NCBI GenBank assembly: GCA_017499595.2
Contig: CM038998.1
Location: 4,464,001-4,528,000, forward strand
Direction: 5' to 3'
From: Psilocybe cubensis
Taxonomy: Eukaryota
DNA: 64,000 bases
Part shown: piece by piece, positions 1 to 12,277 of the stretch
Layout of the letters: every line of letters starts with the position of its first letter
How positions within the stretch are numbered: position 1 is the first letter of the stretch
Made by a program: the position numbers and the translations under genes
The notes under the pieces: model-generated
Database searches by the model: none
What the model was told of the DNA's origin: nothing
The model's input: only the letters and a program-made list of their open reading frames with translations

Positions 1-1286
1 TCTTCGATACGCCAGTCTTCAATGCCGGAGATTGAATAGCGAATCTGTACAATAATGAGAAAAACATTCTGATTAAGGAATTAAACTGCTTACGAGTAGA
101 CAGGCATATGCTATAGAGGCAGGGGTGACGGTTTTCATGTGGTGTAATTTGGCTTGAGAGCTTCGAGTTTTTGTTTGACCAGGCTTATCTTTAAGGGCCG
201 ACGATGGGGAGGTAAAAATATGTTTCCAAACCTAATAACACTGTTAGAATCGAACCTCTAATGAAAGAAAGACGTACCATTACTAGAAGCCGCGTTCGAA
301 ACATGTCCGAGTCCCAGTCCTCAGGGTCAAACTTACCTGGCTCCCACAAAAATGTTGGCAGGTCCTTAGCAAGCACATGCACTACATCTTCGTCGAGCTT
401 TCGCATAAATCTGAAAGTAAGAAGGCATATATATGGTTAGAATCATTTCGGTATAGCATAATACGCTTACTCGTCTGGATTAGCATCAAAATCCTCAAGA
501 TACTTCATCGGACAGAGAAGACGGGCAAGAACCTTGTTCTTGAACCCGCGCGATTCGGATTTGGTTGCTGTTGCACTGATTTCCACTTTATTTGTTGGCG
601 AACACTCGTTAATATACGTAATTATTGCGCTTTGAAGTGTTGATATATCCTCGGACCTGGCTGCCCCTGATGCAGCAATCATCTGGAAAATCAAAAGTAA
701 GAAGTATACATTAGACAGTTGAACCACGTATACATAGAACATACTTACTGCCTTTGCTAGATCATCCTTTCGTTCGACATTTCGAGGCGACACAAAGTAG
801 GATAAGTCAGACTCAAAGCATTTGATATGAGTGATCATGTCACTGAACACGTCGAGTTCTTTTTGATACTGGTTTTCGAACCTATGAAGGTTATATGAAT
901 AGATATATGCGCATATATTAACTTCTGGAACTCACGTTTTCATGTCGGTACCCTCATACATGTCCATGTAATATGCAATACCTCGGTCCAAAACCTCGTA
1001 CCAATTCTCAAACAGGTTTTTACTTCGAGTATGCCACCGAGCAAAGGAGGTATAAGGCCTAAGAATTGCCCTAGACAGTACATGAGGATTGGAAAAAAAT
1101 AAGGGTAAAAAATACTTGCGCTGATTGCTTCGTTTTGCCTTGACCATCAAGGGCTTTATTAAGGGCCTTGACACGTTCCGGATCCAATTGAGGGTTATTC
1201 TTGTCATTTTCAGTCTCGGATTCTCCTTCTTCACTGTGGGTCGAATTAGGAAGGGGAGGATTGCGTGAAGAAGTAGTAGGAGCCAT
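1..1286 (-). CDS. DUF6698-like hypothetical protein (multi-exon, 3' end runs off the window), transposon-associated
   Basis: Spliced ORF pieces: MAPTTSS..., RSEDISTLQSAI, SRGFKNKVLARLLCP, LPTFLWEPGKFDPEDW, WKHIFTSPSSAL, TPASIAYA. Family recognised from motifs only. Confidence 0.6.
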
Positions 1287-1495
1287 GATGGGAGTGAGAG
1301 AAAAAGAAGGCAAGTAATAACCATGCAGGTAAACACGGTGCTTAGTAGACTCACGTGACTTCTGCTATTGCGCGACACCCACGTCCCACAGTGACAATCC
1401 GGCCCTTTACCCTACCGCTCTACTACGCAATCCATGCTCCTCTATCTAACAATTCAATGAGACTGATATATCTATTTCTTCTGGGACTACTTGCC

Positions 1496-4400
1496 ATGGT
1501 ATTTACCTGTAGTGGATGCGCTGCCCCTCCCTTCAAAAATCTGCAAGCTCTGACTGTTCATCGGAGGAACTGCAAAGGAGCAGCAAGAAATTCACAACAA
1601 ATAATAGAAAGCTCATCAAAAGCTTTATCTCGAAGGAATAAGCGTCAGCGTCTTTCAAATGACCAAGAAGATACGCTGGATTTATCGGTATCTTTATTCT
1701 ATATCATTTTCTTTTTACAATACAATTATACACACTGTTTACAGCACGATACGGAGCCAACGGCGGCCATTAATACCAATCGTAATGATACAGAGCTGGA
1801 TGCTGGCGAAGCTGTGAACCATCCGGCTTCTCCTACATTACCAACATTTGTTCCAGTACCTACTCGGAGTGGCCGTGAACGTAAATTCCCCAAGCATTAT
1901 ACCGATATGCTGCCAAATTCCTCGACATACTTGCCACATCTTCCTCCGGCTCCTCCTCGGCCAAAAAAAGAGCCTTCTAGACGAAACAAAAAGCCAGAAT
2001 CACCTTCTACTCCTCCTTCAGAACCCGAATTCAAATATTTGCGTAGCGAAATCAATGACTTCGGGCTATACCGTGTTTACCCTTCTTTTCCCACCTGCGA
2101 GATCAATGAGGCCGATAATCTTGACAACTTGTGCGACGCGCCAGGTCTAGCCATAGTGAATGGCAAATCCGACAATCAGTGGTGGAAAGCATTTGGAATT
2201 AAGGCTATGGATGCTACTTCGAATCGGCATGCCGGCCTCTTCACGCCTTTTATGAATGCCACCGTATTCCGTCTCGTAAACTGGTTTTATTCAGGCTCTA
2301 ATCTCAAGTCAGCTCAAGAACTGGATCGTCTGGTACAAGAGGTACTTCTAGCCGATGATTTTGACACCAAACACCTCGAGAATTTTAGCGCAAAACGCGA
2401 GTTTCGTCGTCTGGACGAAATTGATCCCCAGTTACCTATTTCTTCGACCAATAGCTGGAAAACATCGACGGTTAAGCTTTCCTTGCCTGCGGAAAAAGTA
2501 TCCCACGAATCTGAAAGTCACGCTCCTGTTCTAGAGGTCCCTAATGTCCACCATCGTAGTCTTGTTGAGGTAATAAAATCGGCGTTGGAAGACGAATCAG
2601 CAAAAAATGTTCATTATACGCCATTTCGACTTTTTTGGCAACCAACTAAGGACAGTACTCCAGAACGAGTTGTTTCAGAGTTGTACAACTCGGAGGCATT
2701 TTACGAGGAGCATGTCCGACTACAGCAGCAGCCTCGAGAACCTGGCTGTAATCTGGAGGTTGCTATTGCCGGCCTTATGCTCTGGTCGGATTCCACACAT
2801 CTGGCACAATTCGGAAATGCTTCGTTGTGGCCCATCTACCTCTTCCTGGGTAATCAATCACAGTACTTTCGTGCAAAACCTAAAAATTTTGCCGCTCACC
2901 ATGTTGCTTATATTCCGGCAGTAAGTCTTACGTTGAACTTTGTGTATATATGTTATTGATTTGACATATTTGGATAGCTTCCGAGTTTTCTGCAGGACAT
3001 TTACATGAAAGCATTCAACGGTCTGGCTGCATCCTCAGCAACAATAACTCACCTCAAACGCGAGCTCATCCATGCAATTTGTCTTTTGTTGCTCGACCCG
3101 GAGTTTATGCATGCATATCAACATGGAATCGTCATCAAATGCAGTGATGGTATAGTTCGACGGATTTTTCCACGGATTTTTACATACTCGGCTGACTATC
3201 CTGAAAAGTAAGTTTCTTTATTGTTATTGTATTAATGATGTATTTATTTCTATTTTTATTAGAATACTTCTTGCAACAATTCGGTATCTTGCCAAATGCC
3301 CATGTCCACGCTGTCTGATGCCAATGTTCCGCATTGGTGATTTAGGAACAAGGGTAGACGATCAGCGACGCCAACATACACGGGTTGATACAGCTTCACG
3401 GCAACACAAGGTAGAAATAAGTCGTCAACACATATTTGAGCGAGGGAAGGGCGTAAAAAGTACTGCAGTAGAAAATCTTTTACAAGAAGACTCTTCTACA
3501 CCGACTCGGGTACGTATGTTTCTGTCAGGTTCTTATGCACGAGGTATCGCTAACCAAACATTGCTACTCTAGAATGCATTCTCGACCCGACTGTTTCAAT
3601 TTGGATTTAATTATTTCTCAATGTTTGTGCCTGATTTGCTTCATGAATTTGAACTCGGTGTGTGGAAGGCCACATTCTCTCATTTATTGCGCATCCTGCA
3701 TGCACATGCCGAAAATAGCATCCAAAAGCTCAACGAAAGGTATTTCCCTTTGAACGATAGAGCCTTCTATCAATACTGACAATCTAAAACCTTAGATATC
3801 GTCAAGTAGAAACGTTCGGCCAAGATACAATCCGAATGTTTTCAAACAATGCTTCAGCTATGAAGAAACTCGCAGCAAGAGATTTTGAAGACCTCTTACA
3901 GGTATAGTTTTAACTCGTTCTTTCTATATTAAGGTTCTGCTCAATTTGTTTGTTTTGAAGTGCTCGATGCCAGTTTTTGAGGGTTTGCTGCCTCGAAAAC
4001 ACGATGAGTTTATTCAGGATATGCTGTTTACTCTATGTACTTGGCACGCTTATGCCAAATTGCGACTTCAAACAACTTCGACTCTTAATGGCCTCAAAGC
4101 GACCACCAAAACACTCGGAAAACTTCTCCGGGTGTTTGCAAAAGACATATGTTCTCAATACGACACAGTTGAACTGCCTCAAGAAGAAGCTGCACGAGTG
4201 CGCCGTTGAGCAAATGCTGTTAAGAAAGGCAAGCTTCCGGCAAATTCTCAACGAACAACACGGAATTCTGGTCCCATCGATGACGACGACTCTAATACTC
4301 AGTCAAAACGACGAAAAACATTCAACATGTTAACTTATAAGCTTCATGCTCTCGGGGATTATGTCGTCTCAATTTGGAGGTATGGACCAAGCAGCGGCTA

Positions 4401-6112
4401 CTCTACACAGATTGTAAGTCTCGGCATACTACAAATATTGATTTGCTTTTATTGATTATAACAATTTGTAGGGAGAACTGGAACACCGGAGAGTAAAGCG
4501 CTTCTATGCGAAGACAAACAAAGGACGCACTTTTGAATGGCAGATTACCAGGCATCAACGTCGCGAGCGTCTTCTTCATGCTATTTCGGAACGGGAGAAA
4601 CGTTCAAAAAGAAATCTGAAGGATAGATCACAACAACAATCCTCAAATGACTTCGAATGCAACACTTACAATGCCCCGCATGTCCCATTTATTGAATCGG
4701 ACACACTTCCGCCTACTCTACCACAGCTTCATCATCATATCAGCGCCAATAAGCGCCTCAAGGACAATATCCATCGCTGGCTTTACACAAATGAGAATGA
4801 TCCTGCTCTTAAAGTAAGTTAACTCGCTTGTTGCTTCTGATTTCCTAGCAAATTGCACGACAGATTCACTAATCTACTCTTTAGACCTTCCTACGCGACC
4901 TCAAGAATCACCTCCTTTCACGACTTCTAGGCCATTCTGCTGATAGCGACGAGTATCTGTACTATTCTGATGAAGACCGCTACAACGTGCAGATTGTCAA
5001 CAATCTCATGTTTCGACACAAACTTCTAAGAATCAACTACACTACTTACGACGTCAGGCGCCAACAAGACACCATAAATGCCCGAACTCACGCCGATATC
5101 ATGACGCTCTCGGGGAATACGGACGACAATGCCCATCCTTATGCATATGGTAGAGTCTTGGGAATTTTTCACGTGGATGTCAAACATCGTGGGCAGTTAG
5201 CGACGTCAAATCAAACTCACCGGATGAATTTCCTCTGGATAAGATGGTTTGAAATCGACCCCAACTACATTGGAGGCTGGAAAACCAAGCGACTTCATCG
5301 TATCCGCTTCATCAATTCCTCTTCGCCTCTAGCTTTTGGTTTCTTAAATCCAGCAGACGTCATACGTGCATGTCATTTGATACCGGCATTTGCACATGGC
5401 TCTACTCGGGAGTACCTAGGTCCTTCAATTGCTCGATCTGTCCTAAAGAACCGAATAAATTTACGGAATGAAGATTGGCGATTTATGTACATTAATATGT
5501 AAGTAACCCATTTATTTCAAACTGTACGGTATCTTACCCTATTTTTTCTATTGTAACTACAGGTTTGTCGACCGTGATATGTTTATGAGGTACCTTGGTG
5601 GTGGAGTCGGGCACCACTCTACAAATGAGTACACAATAGGCCTACGGCCTGATATTCATGATATCCGAAACGTCTTTGCTGTTCCCCAGGATGGTATAGA
5701 CGACATAGGTGCATATGGGGATGGGTATCTAGAAGATCACAGTGATGATGGTAACAATGATTTGGAAAGCGGCCACATGGATCACAATGACGCACTACTA
5801 GATGAAGAAGACCAACACGAGCAACTACTAAGCGACGATATGGATGTGCACCCTTTTTTCGAGCCCGACCCTGAGGATTTCAACTCGGAAGACGACGATT
5901 GGGGCTACAAATCCCCCCCTGTCTCGTGCAATGGTTCAGACAATGAAAATGATGATTTAAACAGTGACGGATCAGGTGAAGATGAAATTGGTGGGTCTGC
6001 GGCAGCTGATGAAGAAAATGGTATACTTTACGAGCCAAATATTGGTGCCGAGGACGGTGAAGAGCCATGGGGCATGGGCGATGAGGAGGCTGAGGGTTAC
6101 GGTGTACTATAA
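1496..6112 (+). pseudogene. Plavaka transposase, multi-exon, with N-terminal Zn-finger-like motif and acidic tail; one in-frame TGA at 4207-4209
   Basis: Motifs CSGC..HRRNC, ELYNSEAF, LMLWSDSTHLAQFGNASLWPIYLFLGN, FTYSADYPEK, PDLLHEFELGVWK, TYKLHALGDY..YSTQ|GELEHRRVKRFY, INYTTYDVRR, RACHLIPAF. GT-AG introns join the ORF segments. Confidence 0.85.
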
Positions 6113-6716
6113 ACTGACTGTAGCTGTCTAAATGCTAATGATATGTTACGTTTACTACTTTTATTCTTGCATTTGACGGTACAAGTGAGAACTTTTAGCA
6201 CTGTTAATTAAGAACGTGGGCCAGCTTGGACTTGATTGTATTGTAGAAGAAAAAAAAATAACATTGCATTCCATCTCATTGTACTCAGAACTTTGAGCGC
6301 TATCTTACATACAATTCACAATTTTTTCTATGTGGCTCCAATACATCTCCAGAATTTGACTACCTTAGATGACTCGCACTATTATTGTACTGTCAATAAA
6401 TTCATGGATTTAAATGGAGAACAAAATGCAATGAAACGGGAATAAAGGTACCTATATTGGATTCTCTTCGCTAACATTCTACCTTCCTTCCAAGGTTGTT
6501 CCAACATTTGATAAGTTTATATCATCTATCAATAATTGTCAAGACTTTGGACAGAAATGCGAAGTGACGTCAAGAATTGTTATTGCTTTGGACGTACCTC
6601 GCATGGTCTTATCATTCTCGTGAGACTTTGGATGGCTCACTTTGCAAGCCATTCTTTTTGCCGTTTCGCTGATGTTCCATTTGTATCCTTTTTGCGTACG
6701 GTGTTATATTTATGAC

Positions 6717-6800
6717 ATGAAAAACAGCCTGGGCAACAGCATACACATGTGATTTTAATTCTCTCACATCTCACGTATATTCTCGGCAGGCTGTTTTCAT
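6717..6800. repeat. Subterminal inverted repeat ATGAAAA(A)CAGCCTG of the transposon
   Basis: atgaaaaacagcctg at 6717-6731 versus caggctgttttcat at 6787-6800. Confidence 0.8.
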
Positions 6801-7273
6801 AAGTTGTAGTGAGTCTCGAGAACCATCAAGTCATAATGGTGAGTAAAATTGTCTGAGTTGTCTGTTATAATTTACACTAATAGCCATTGTTTTGTCATCC
6901 ATTTCAAATCTGCTGCGATTTTAAGAGGACAAAAATGTCGTCGAAATGGTACGGAAGCCAATTGTCGCCGACGATCCTTTACTTTACCCCGAAATATGAC
7001 CTTTTGGAGGCTTTTTTTGGCACTGTGTCTGAAGCCGCTTCTGTTCGTCACTCGCCGGAGACTTGATCATTTTACCACTTTGTCAAGCATAGGCGATAAT
7101 CAGCAAATGGGCGCTCAGAACTCGTATACCACAATGTTCAATGAAGCGACGATTGATGGAGGGCGATCTTCAGAGCAGGAGTATAAAATGCACTCGCTCT
7201 CGATGCTCTATGCCAAACGTCCGCCTTCTTGAACGACTATCACCTGCCACCTGATATTCAACTCTTTTTCGAG

Positions 7274-8713
7274 ATGCCCGTTCTCGACGCTCATAGCGGC
7301 GCCAAAGTTCTCGTCACTGGCGTCAACGGATACGTTGCAACAGGTGTCGCGAAGGAACTACTTGAACAAGGATTCTCTGTTCGCGGGACAGTAAGATCCC
7401 AGGGAAAAGGAGAGAAAGTAAAAACATTATTTTCGTCCTATGGCGACAATTTTGAGTAGGTGATTGTGGACGATATCACAAAGGTAAGGGTTTTTCTTCG
7501 TTCCTCAGCAGCTGACCTTTTAGAATTTGTTGGCAGGAAGGAGCCTTCGATGAAGCGGTGAAGGGTGTGGATGCAGTCGAGCACATGGCCTCTCCTCTTC
7601 CTGGAAATCTAAAGGACGAAGATCCTGAAGGTATTCCATCTAACTCCATCAACCCGAGTCTATGATACTGAAGGAAAATTTCAGTCTACATAAAGCCAGC
7701 TGTCGAAGGAACCTTGAGCATTTTTAATAGCATTTTGAAGCATGGGTGATTCGTTATTTATGTCATTTCAGTCATAAATATACTGAACGTGAATATAGAA
7801 ACCAGATCAAGCGAGTTGTCTTGACGTCTTCAATTGGCGCCGTCATGCCTCCACTTAGGTCTCAAACAACCCTAAATGAAGACAACTGGGCAGAAGAATT
7901 CGTAGACATTGTGGGAAGGCGCGGAAGGGATTCTTCAAGCGTGGAGAAGTATATCGCCTCAAAAACGCTTTCCGAGAAAGGTGAGGTGTTTCAATTTTAA
8001 TTAGCCATGTGCTCTGACCCTTACTTCGTAAAGCGGCTTGGGACTTCTACACGCAGAATAAAAATCAAATAGCATGGGATCTCGTTGTCCTAAACCCTGC
8101 CAATGCTTTAGGTGTAAGGCGTTGTTTAATCGTTACAATGGCTATGACATTCATTGTATTCCATCATACAGCCCCAATTTCAAGATTTCAAGAGTTTGAA
8201 TGAGCTCAGCCGTTCCGTTCAAGTATGGTACGAATTTGTAGCGATGGACCAGCCGGAGGAATATCTCCAGGCAACACTGTCATATGTGGATATTGGTGAC
8301 GTTACTCTTGCTCATGTAGAAGCTTTAAAGAAGGAAGCTGCAGGTGGGCAACGGATAATCTTGTCTTCAGGTTTGTTCTTTGCTCGTGATTGTCGTCAGC
8401 ATTTCGCAGTAACAGCTAAATTCCAGGGTGCATGACATGGCAAGACGCCAGTGCGTTTAGCTCAACATATCTTTATCTCGACTTTACAGAGGACTGACTC
8501 ATTTTGAATCCAGGAAACGATCTGTTTATGCGCAAACCGGAGTACTATACTTCCGGAATCCTGAAGCGAGGAAACCCAGAGTTAAGGGGAAAAGTCATGT
8601 TTACCTTCAACTCAACCAAAGCTCAGGATATACTCGGTATCAAGTACAGAACATGGGATGAAACGATGGCTGCCACCATGGACGAGTTTGAAAAGAGGGG
8701 TTTTTTCGCGTAA
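7274..8713 (+). pseudogene. GRE2/Ari1-like NAD(P)-dependent reductase (extended SDR), copy 1, with in-frame TAG at 7457-7459
   Basis: VLVTGVNGYVA, VRGTVRS, RVVLTSS, KYIASK, YVDIGDV. TATAAAA near 7182. All exons otherwise appear intact. Confidence 0.85.
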
Positions 8714-9307
8714 CGCCCACGGTCGGTTTTATGTAACTTGTGCTTGTGATTTTTGACTCAGTAAATATATATCATTAACATACCCGTTTGCTTAGTCAAT
8801 GGCTTTGATTTGTTTTCTAGTATTTTTGAACTTGACACTCGTCATTCGTACTTTCTGATAACAGTGATGCGGACTGCCTGGACGCTGTAATCCCCATCCG
8901 ATTCTCACACGTGCTATCCACGAGGTTGATGACTTGTATTCGACGCTCACCACACAAATTACACTCACATCCCTTTTTCCAGCATAAATTTCCTTAGAGA
9001 TATATTTCAATGTGTAGTGGGTCAGCTTCTTTTCTTTTCACCATGGTCTTTTTTCTCTTTCAGTCAGTGGTCAATATTCGTTATTCACCCCCTTCTATTG
9101 GGTAGAAACGAGCTGGTACTTGAAGAAACAAAAGCAGAAGCAGCAATTCTACGGATTCCCAAAGCCACGCTTCATTCACTTCCTTTGATCCTACAGAAAA
9201 CACAGAAACAATGAGGCTACATAGGCGTAATTTGCGATAGTAATACATATACAATGCCAAGATACAACAGAGGACCCGTACCTGCAGGCACACAGGCAAC
9301 AACCTTC

Positions 9308-11090
9308 TTAAAGCCACGGTAACAAAGGCTCCGATGTCGAATCTCGCTTCACGAGTCCATTGAGCGGGTTGAAGTTAGAAACAGTGACCTTCCTTGCCGC
9401 TGGGAATGCTACATGCAACTTCAGACCTTCCTGAATATAGGGTTGCAGATGCGCCTCGATGTCGATCAAAGGCTCCCTTGTGAAAGTGATACTGACTTCG
9501 GTGAGCCGCGCGATGCCGAGTTCTTTGCTCGCCTCGAGTCTCGTTTGGATGAAGTTGGCCGCGTCCTGATCGCTGAGGATGAGCGAGTCTTTCAGGCGGA
9601 TTATTTCGAGCCTCGGGCAGAGGCACTCGCGATAGGAGTTTGGGAGGAGAATGTCGAGGATGCCTTTCATCAATTTGACGATAAAGGGTAGATAGCTCCG
9701 CGACCGTGCCTGCTCGCGGGAGACACCCAGCTTAGAACGTACATTGACGAGGCATCTAAGAGACGGGACGAGTTCCATGCATTCGATGATGTCGGAAACC
9801 ATGAAAAATTGTAAGTCTGTTGTTAGAACTTCTACGCGGTTGTTGGTCCGGAGAAGGAGCAGAATCAGTGGTGAGCGGCGTGCAGTTGAAGGCCAAAAGT
9901 TAGTGTGGTACGAAATGATGCGCAGTGACGGCACATTGAAGCACTCGATCAGAGTAGCGATACAATGCGCGCCGTCTATGATTGCTAGCGACTCAAGATA
10001 TGGAAGGTCCAGGGGGTCTGTTGGACTGACGGCATCTGGGGTGTCGATAATGTCCAGTGTCACATGCTGTAAATTCTTACACAGGCTGAAAATTCTGTAC
10101 GCCTCTTCCAAGCTGACCCGCTTCTGCCTCGCTATTGCGTTAGAGTTATCCGAGAGAATGAGATGGGTGACTTGTGACCAATTCATCTCAAGGCCAGACA
10201 ACCTAAAGGGGAATCCAGAAAGGTACAACACGCGCAGAGTAGGTGTTTTCAGAATCCCACTTCTCGCCCAGACGTTCTCGTGTGCAGACCGACGAGAAAA
10301 TTTCAAGTGGAGATACCGTAGCTTAGGGACAGAAGAGGCTGGGATAGAGGCGATTAGGCTGGAGCATTCTGTTGATGGAATAGATATTTCGAGTTTGTGC
10401 CAACGATCGGAGAAAGCGAGCAAGATTTCTAGGTACGGGCGGAAGTATTGTTGATGAGTGTGAGAAACGCTGTCTCGCGGGTTGATAGAAAGTGATAAGG
10501 GGCGGCTGCCTGACCGATTCAACCAGTCAACAACGGCCTGGCAGTGTCGCCTGAATTTACCCTCAAAGTCAACAGAAAGCTGTTGGAACGCTTCAGAAGG
10601 CATCCAGTACGTTAATCCGTTATGGCTTGGTGGTACAGGGAGAGGAACATGCAGAGTTGACCACAGACGTGGAGTGTGGTAGGCCAGCGACCTCCATCGA
10701 CTGCATACACGTCCGAGTAGGAGAGGAGGTTCGCTGGAGCTCATCAAAGCATTGTGCATGTCTGGGAGAGTCCAGCAAAAAATTTCTGTTAGAATATCAT
10801 CAGGTAACCGCCTGAATGGCGTAAGAAGCAGGTAGTGTTCGTGAATGGTCTCATCCAATGATGCCTTTTGCTGCCTGATTTCGTCGACCAAAGCCTGGAG
10901 TCGTCGGATATCGTCGTCGATCTTTGCAAGCGCCGCTTCTGGCTCGACTAACAGTTGACGTATTTGTGCTCTATCGATACTCGTAGGCACATAGTTGGTA
11001 TGCAGATATTCAGTGAATGGCGTTGTGAATGCAGACTATAGAAGGTATATCAGAGTTTGAGATACAGGGAAACAACGAACAACGCACCAT
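9308..11090 (-). CDS. Agaricomycete F-box-like / LRR-like protein
   Basis: Coiled coil followed by PFRRLPDDILTEIF..PLLLGRVCSRWRSLAYHTPRLWS. Probable ATG-only first exon at 11088-11090 and intron 11036-11087 (GTGCGT..TAG). Confidence 0.85.
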
Positions 11091-11721
11091 GATTGCAAAA
11101 CGTCTAGTACGTCGCCAGTTTGCCTCCAATAAACCTCCTCTATCACCTTACAATCAGCTTGAGAATAAGGTAAAGAATTGGCGATGCAAGCCCTTCAGAC
11201 TTCATCGGACCACTGTTGGGATTGTGGGAGTCAAAGGGCAAGATACGCGCTGTGTTGTGACTACTGTGAGAAATAGGTCATGCCCCAGCTCGGAATACGA
11301 TAGGATGTGATTTGGGTATCGCAGTTACCCATATATGCGTCAAGCCAAACACCATGAAATCCTCTGGGCAGCTCTTAGCCTCCGTACTCATTAAAAGCTC
11401 TAGAAGACGTAAAATATGTAGCGATTTCTTTAGGGCCGTAGGCTAGTAATCATCGACCGTTTTAATCATTAATGTACTTAGACAATAAATATAAGATGCA
11501 ATACAAGTCAATGGGAGAAACTAGACTTTACAAAACCTTTAAAAGCCCTGGTGAGATATGAGAAGGTTTATGACAGAATATATCGCCATTAATGTGAGGT
11601 TGTGGACACTGCTGGTAGTCAAGGCTGCCCGTGAACCATATTTAGTCACATGTAATCACCCCGCGTGCTAAACAAAAAGCAAAATATCAGTAAGATAGTC
11701 ACAGTCATAACACTGTTGTTT

Positions 11722-11745
11722 GTCCCCTTCGGGGTGACATACGAA

Positions 11746-11776
<31 letters not shown>

Positions 11777-11842
11777 GGCCCCTGCACAAGGATGACACGC
11801 TTTCCCGGAGTGGTAGATCTACGGATCTCAATATTTATTTTT
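11722..11842 (+). ncRNA. U6: U6 spliceosomal snRNA
   Basis: 5' UUCG stem-loop, invariant ACAGAGA box, AGC triad and ISL (GATTAGCATGGCCCCTGCACAAGGATGACACGC), and a T-run terminator. Confidence 0.95.
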
Positions 11843-12277
11843 CTCAATTTTATACGATATCAGTGTGTGGATGCTTTTGAGAATGATTATGGCCCATTTG
11901 ACAAAATATTTTGACGTGGCATTAAAACGAATAGGCGCTTAGATGTACAAATTACTATGGACTGTCCCATGTTAAGTACAGAATTTTCATGCTTGCTGTC
12001 TGAACTTGATTGACGCGACGGTTGACCCAGCTGTTTTAAACACTTTCAATATCCGTACAACCCTATAGGCTCCGACTCGGATGTTGCTTTGTATAATCTT
12101 GAGTATCAGGTTTCGTAGCTGGCGCCCTCCCTCCAAATATATCCAGGTGAATTTCATCACGTAAATTACATTGCCTAATACTAAGAAGCCACATGTGTAA
12201 GCCACTGGCTAATCTCACCTTCGGAGGTCTACTTTAACAGCCTCTTCCCCACAAAAACCGTTGATCAGTACCCCAAG

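Larger units (their letters stand above)
1..6811. mobile_element. Plavaka-type (CACTA/CMC-related) DNA transposon, right portion; left end lies outside the window
   Basis: Contains a Plavaka-like transposase and a divergent DUF6698-like gene. The right end reads CACTACAACTTATGAAAACAGCCTG on the minus strand (TAGTG at 6807-6811), with an inverted subterminal copy at 6717-6731. Confidence 0.75.

Noticed and set aside
9744..10454. 236-aa plus-strand ORF
   Set aside because: Antisense shadow of the F-box gene with no recognisable motifs.
11646..11880. Short ORFs on both strands
   Set aside because: They overlap the U6 snRNA and are spurious.
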